DNA of 64,000 nucleotides from a virus: IMG/VR virus record IMGVR_UViG_3300031578_000004, positions 32,001 to 96,000 of that record; one strand, 5' to 3'. Shown piece by piece: positions 60,903 to 64,000 of this stretch (position 1 is its first letter; each line of letters starts with the position of its first letter). The notes under the pieces were generated by a model. It saw only the letters and a program-made list of their open reading frames with translations, ran no database searches and was not told where the DNA came from. The position numbers and the translations under genes were made by a program.

Positions 60903-62078
60903 ATGAATAATTTAATTAGGTTATCTAATGAATGTATTAAAGATTTTAAAATTAGACTTTGTAAAAATAGAGAATTATATAATCTTACATGGGATGACCT
61001 TGCCGAAATTATTAATATAGAAACTGGTGATAAGTTTGGTGAATCTAAATATAGAAAATGGTGGTATGCATATTCAGAAGGTTTAAATGATGCAATTGAT
61101 AGTAATATAACTGAAGATAAATTTTTAATAGAATTGGATTTAAAACGTAGAGAATTAGAAAAAGAAAAACAGAGATTCTTTGACCAAAGGTCAGCATATA
61201 ACAAAATAGTAAGAGAAGATGCGAGACGTGATGAATTAAAAGACATTATAACAAATACTATAAAATATATTGAACCTTATAAAAATAATAATATTTTGAA
61301 AGTAGATTATTTACCTAATGATTTATTAGTTGGATTAAATGACCTGCATTTTGGAATTGAGATTGAAAACTATTGGAATAAATATAATTCAGAAATAGCA
61401 AAGCAAAGACTTGAAAAATATTTACAAGAAATTATATCTGTGCAACAATTACATAAATCTGAAAATTGTTATGTTTGTGCAAACGGAGATTTAATTTCTG
61501 GGGCAATTCATTATACAATTGCTCTAGCAAATAGAGAAAATGTTGTTGAGCAAGTAATGGGAGTATCAGAATTAATTTCGTGGTTTTTAAGTGAATTAAG
61601 TAATCATTTTAAAAATATTTATTTCTCTGTAGTGGCAGGAAATCATAGCAGATTAACAGTAAATAAAGATATGAGTCCTAAGAATGAGAGACTTGATGAT
61701 TTAATACCTTTTTATGTAAAAGCGAGATTGCAGAATTTAAAGAACATATTCATTATAGAAGATAAGGTTGATAATACAATGTCTTTGGTCGAGATAAGAG
61801 GATTGAACTATTTAGGAGTCCACGGAGATATGGATACTGTAAATGGTATTTTAAAACTTATTGAAATGTTACCACAGAAGATTTATGCAATAGTTTTTGG
61901 ACATTTACATCACAATGCCACTAACTTTACTCAAGGATATAAAACATTAATGTCAGGAAGCCTCATGGGAGTCGATGACTATTGTATTGAAAAACGTATT
62001 TTCGGTAAAGCACAACAATTAATAAGTGTTTGTGATAAAAATGGTGTTAAATGTAGTTATGATATAATGTTTCAATAA
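60903..62078 (+). CDS. Calcineurin-like metallophosphoesterase (SPbeta YonJ-like)
   Basis: DLHFG, GDLISG, GNH, HGD, GHLHH. Confidence 0.85.
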   Translation: MNNLIRLSNECIKDFKIRLCKNRELYNLTWDDLAEIINIETGDKFGESKYRKWWYAYSEGLNDAIDSNITEDKFLIELDLKRRELEKEKQRFFDQRSAYNKIVREDARRDELKDIITNTIKYIEPYKNNNILKVDYLPNDLLVGLNDLHFGIEIENYWNKYNSEIAKQRLEKYLQEIISVQQLHKSENCYVCANGDLISGAIHYTIALANRENVVEQVMGVSELISWFLSELSNHFKNIYFSVVAGNHSRLTVNKDMSPKNERLDDLIPFYVKARLQNLKNIFIIEDKVDNTMSLVEIRGLNYLGVHGDMDTVNGILKLIEMLPQKIYAIVFGHLHHNATNFTQGYKTLMSGSLMGVDDYCIEKRIFGKAQQLISVCDKNGVKCSYDIMFQ

Positions 62079-62227
62079 ACAAATAATATAAAATTAATAT
62101 ACTCCTTTAGAATGTTTATCTATATGGAGTTTTGAGGTAGAATGTTTTTCTACCCTCTTTTAATTTATAGATATGAAAACAATTGATATTAGGCAATCAA
62201 TAATATAAAAATAAGCGAGGATAGTTT

Positions 62228-62812
62228 ATGAATAATACATTTGTCAAAGTAGAAGATGGAATAAGTATCTATGAAAAAATGTATAATGAATTACTTGATA
62301 ATAGAATTTTATACTTGAATAGTGATATAGATGACAACACCGTAGATATGATAACTATGCAAATAATAATAGCAAATGAAAGAGAAAAATCAATACAAGA
62401 AAGCGAATTGAAACCTATATGGATTTATTTAAATAGTTACGGTGGTTCAGCCGATGTATGTCTTCATTTAATTCAAGTAATTGAAGAATCTCGTATTCCT
62501 ATAAATGTAAAGGTTTTAGCAATGGCTGCTTCAGCAGGTTTATATCTAGCAGTGGCTTGTAAACATAGAGTTAGTTCTAAAAACTCTATCTTCCTACTTC
62601 ATAAAGGAAGTATTCAGATTGCAGGAAATATGAGCGAGGCAGAAGAAATTATGGATTTCTATAAGAATGAAGTACAAGAGAAAATGGATGATTTACTTAT
62701 AAGAAGAACTAAGATTACCAAAGAAGAATTAAAGAAAATTAGACGAAATGAAACATATTGTTTAGGGGAAAAGGCTTTAGAACAATATGGGTTTATTGAT
62801 GAATTAATATAA
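62228..62812 (+). CDS. clpP: ClpP-like protease
   Basis: RILYL..ID, YLNSYGG, MAASAG (catalytic Ser), LLH, YGFID. Confidence 0.85.
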   Translation: MNNTFVKVEDGISIYEKMYNELLDNRILYLNSDIDDNTVDMITMQIIIANEREKSIQESELKPIWIYLNSYGGSADVCLHLIQVIEESRIPINVKVLAMAASAGLYLAVACKHRVSSKNSIFLLHKGSIQIAGNMSEAEEIMDFYKNEVQEKMDDLLIRRTKITKEELKKIRRNETYCLGEKALEQYGFIDELI

Positions 62813-62940
62813 AACTATAATTAGAATTAAAAGGAGAAACAAAAGGAACGAACATAATACACAAAATTAATTTCAACGATGAAGGCATTTACGAAGAAAA
62901 ATACCTGTACAATGGTCAAGAAATTACAGAGACACAATTT

Positions 62941-63171
62941 GTGGGATTGGCTGAAGATTTAAAAGATTATGACAACGTTGAGGATTTTGAAGATGAATGT
63001 GATGATTGTTGTGGCTGTGGTGGATGTGGAAAAGAAGATGATTTAGAAAATAAAGGCATATCTGTAAAACTAAATGTTAGTTTAAATCCAGATGATTTAG
63101 AGGATATACTTGATACCGTAGATTATTTAGAAGAAAAATTAAGTAATATTAAGGTTAAATTTAGTTTATAA
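62941..63171 (+). CDS. Acidic Cys-cluster protein
   Basis: CDDCCGCGGC; frame stays open upstream to about 62854. Confidence 0.5.
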   Translation: MGLAEDLKDYDNVEDFEDECDDCCGCGGCGKEDDLENKGISVKLNVSLNPDDLEDILDTVDYLEEKLSNIKVKFSL

Positions 63172-63363
63172 AACCTAATCAATAATCCCTACCTTCCTTT
63201 TCTTTATGAGCTGGACTTAGTCCGATAGCAAGGAGTTGACTGTAGGGTTTATTATATATTATAAAGAATTTTAGAGTGAATATTGATAACTGCTCTTATT
63301 TAGATAAGGGCAGGATTGAGTATTTATTTTTACATTAAAATTTAAAAGGGAGATGAAAATCGG

Positions 63364-64000
63364 ATGCCTAGAGCAAATAAAAACAGTAAACAACTAAAAG
63401 CGGTGTCTGGTGAAGGATATTGCAGAAAATGTACCAATACATTGCCACTAGACAAATTCTACGAAACAACAAACAGGGATTTAGATACAAATGGAAAAAC
63501 ATCTATTTGCAAAGAATGTTGTAATTCTATTTATGATGTATATGCTGATAAATATAAAAGTATGGAAAAGGCTTTATATTTGACTTGTCAAGATTTAGAT
63601 ATGATGTTCAGTAAAGAAACTTTATTGCAAACACAATCTCATATAAATGGAATGGTGGAAAAAGGAAAAAATATAACTAAAGTTTTTGGTATTTACAAAA
63701 GTAAATTAAGCTCTACTGGTAAAAACAATTCAAAATTAGAGTCTATTAGATTTAAAGATAGTAATGAATTAGTAGATGAACAAAATAACGATGTAACAAG
63801 TGATAGTTTTGATGAAGATATAGAAGATGATTTAATATTATTTTGGGGTAGAGGATTTGATTTAGATGACATAATATTTTTAGAAACGGAATTGTCAAGT
63901 TGGAAACAAACTCATAAATGTGACAATCAGGCAGAATTAACATTATTGAAAGAAATATGTATAAAAATTTTAGATATAAGAAAATCAAGGGAAAAAAAAG
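63364..64000 (+). CDS. Zinc-finger phage protein (SPbeta YonG-like), partial
   Basis: Own translation: CRKC...KFY.....GK.SICKEC...FWG.G; open to the window end. Confidence 0.55.
   Translation, partial: MPRANKNSKQLKAVSGEGYCRKCTNTLPLDKFYETTNRDLDTNGKTSICKECCNSIYDVYADKYKSMEKALYLTCQDLDMMFSKETLLQTQSHINGMVEKGKNITKVFGIYKSKLSSTGKNNSKLESIRFKDSNELVDEQNNDVTSDSFDEDIEDDLILFWGRGFDLDDIIFLETELSSWKQTHKCDNQAELTLLKEICIKILDIRKSREKK

Overview
AT-rich 64-kb segment of a large temperate Firmicutes (clostridial-type) phage or prophage with SPbeta-like gene content. No structural genes or attachment site are visible, so free phage versus prophage cannot be decided. The left arm (1-37 kb, minus strand) holds replication genes (helicase N-terminus, ATPase, SSB-like protein, NAD ligase), many small ORFs, an IscB/omegaRNA element, a MazF-TPR-...-DGQHR-dead-recombinase (MrpR/YopR-like) cluster, an intact XerC-like recombinase, SpoIIID and SpoVT-like regulators and a run of single-gene units with their own promoters. 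A noncoding junction at 37-38.3 kb is followed by a moron island (38.5-44.7 kb) with a sigmaD-type csrA-flagellin unit. The right arm (45.7-64 kb, plus strand) holds a Rep-like gene, metK, two Dam-family methylases, an HslV-like protein, a YonO-like RNA polymerase, a beta-CASP nuclease, a tRNA-like RNA and a structured noncoding kilobase, a phosphoesterase and ClpP. Best leads: (1) a Dam gene with two duplicated N-termini in different frames upstream of an (AC)10 tract, giving a three-state switch that is currently OFF; (2) fold-back repeats that delimit single-gene cassettes beside an active tyrosine recombinase; (3) the phage csrA-flagellin unit; (4) a phage-encoded MazF at the lysis-lysogeny locus; (5) the tRNA-framed noncoding RNA. 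All family calls come from motif recognition by eye; no database searches were run.
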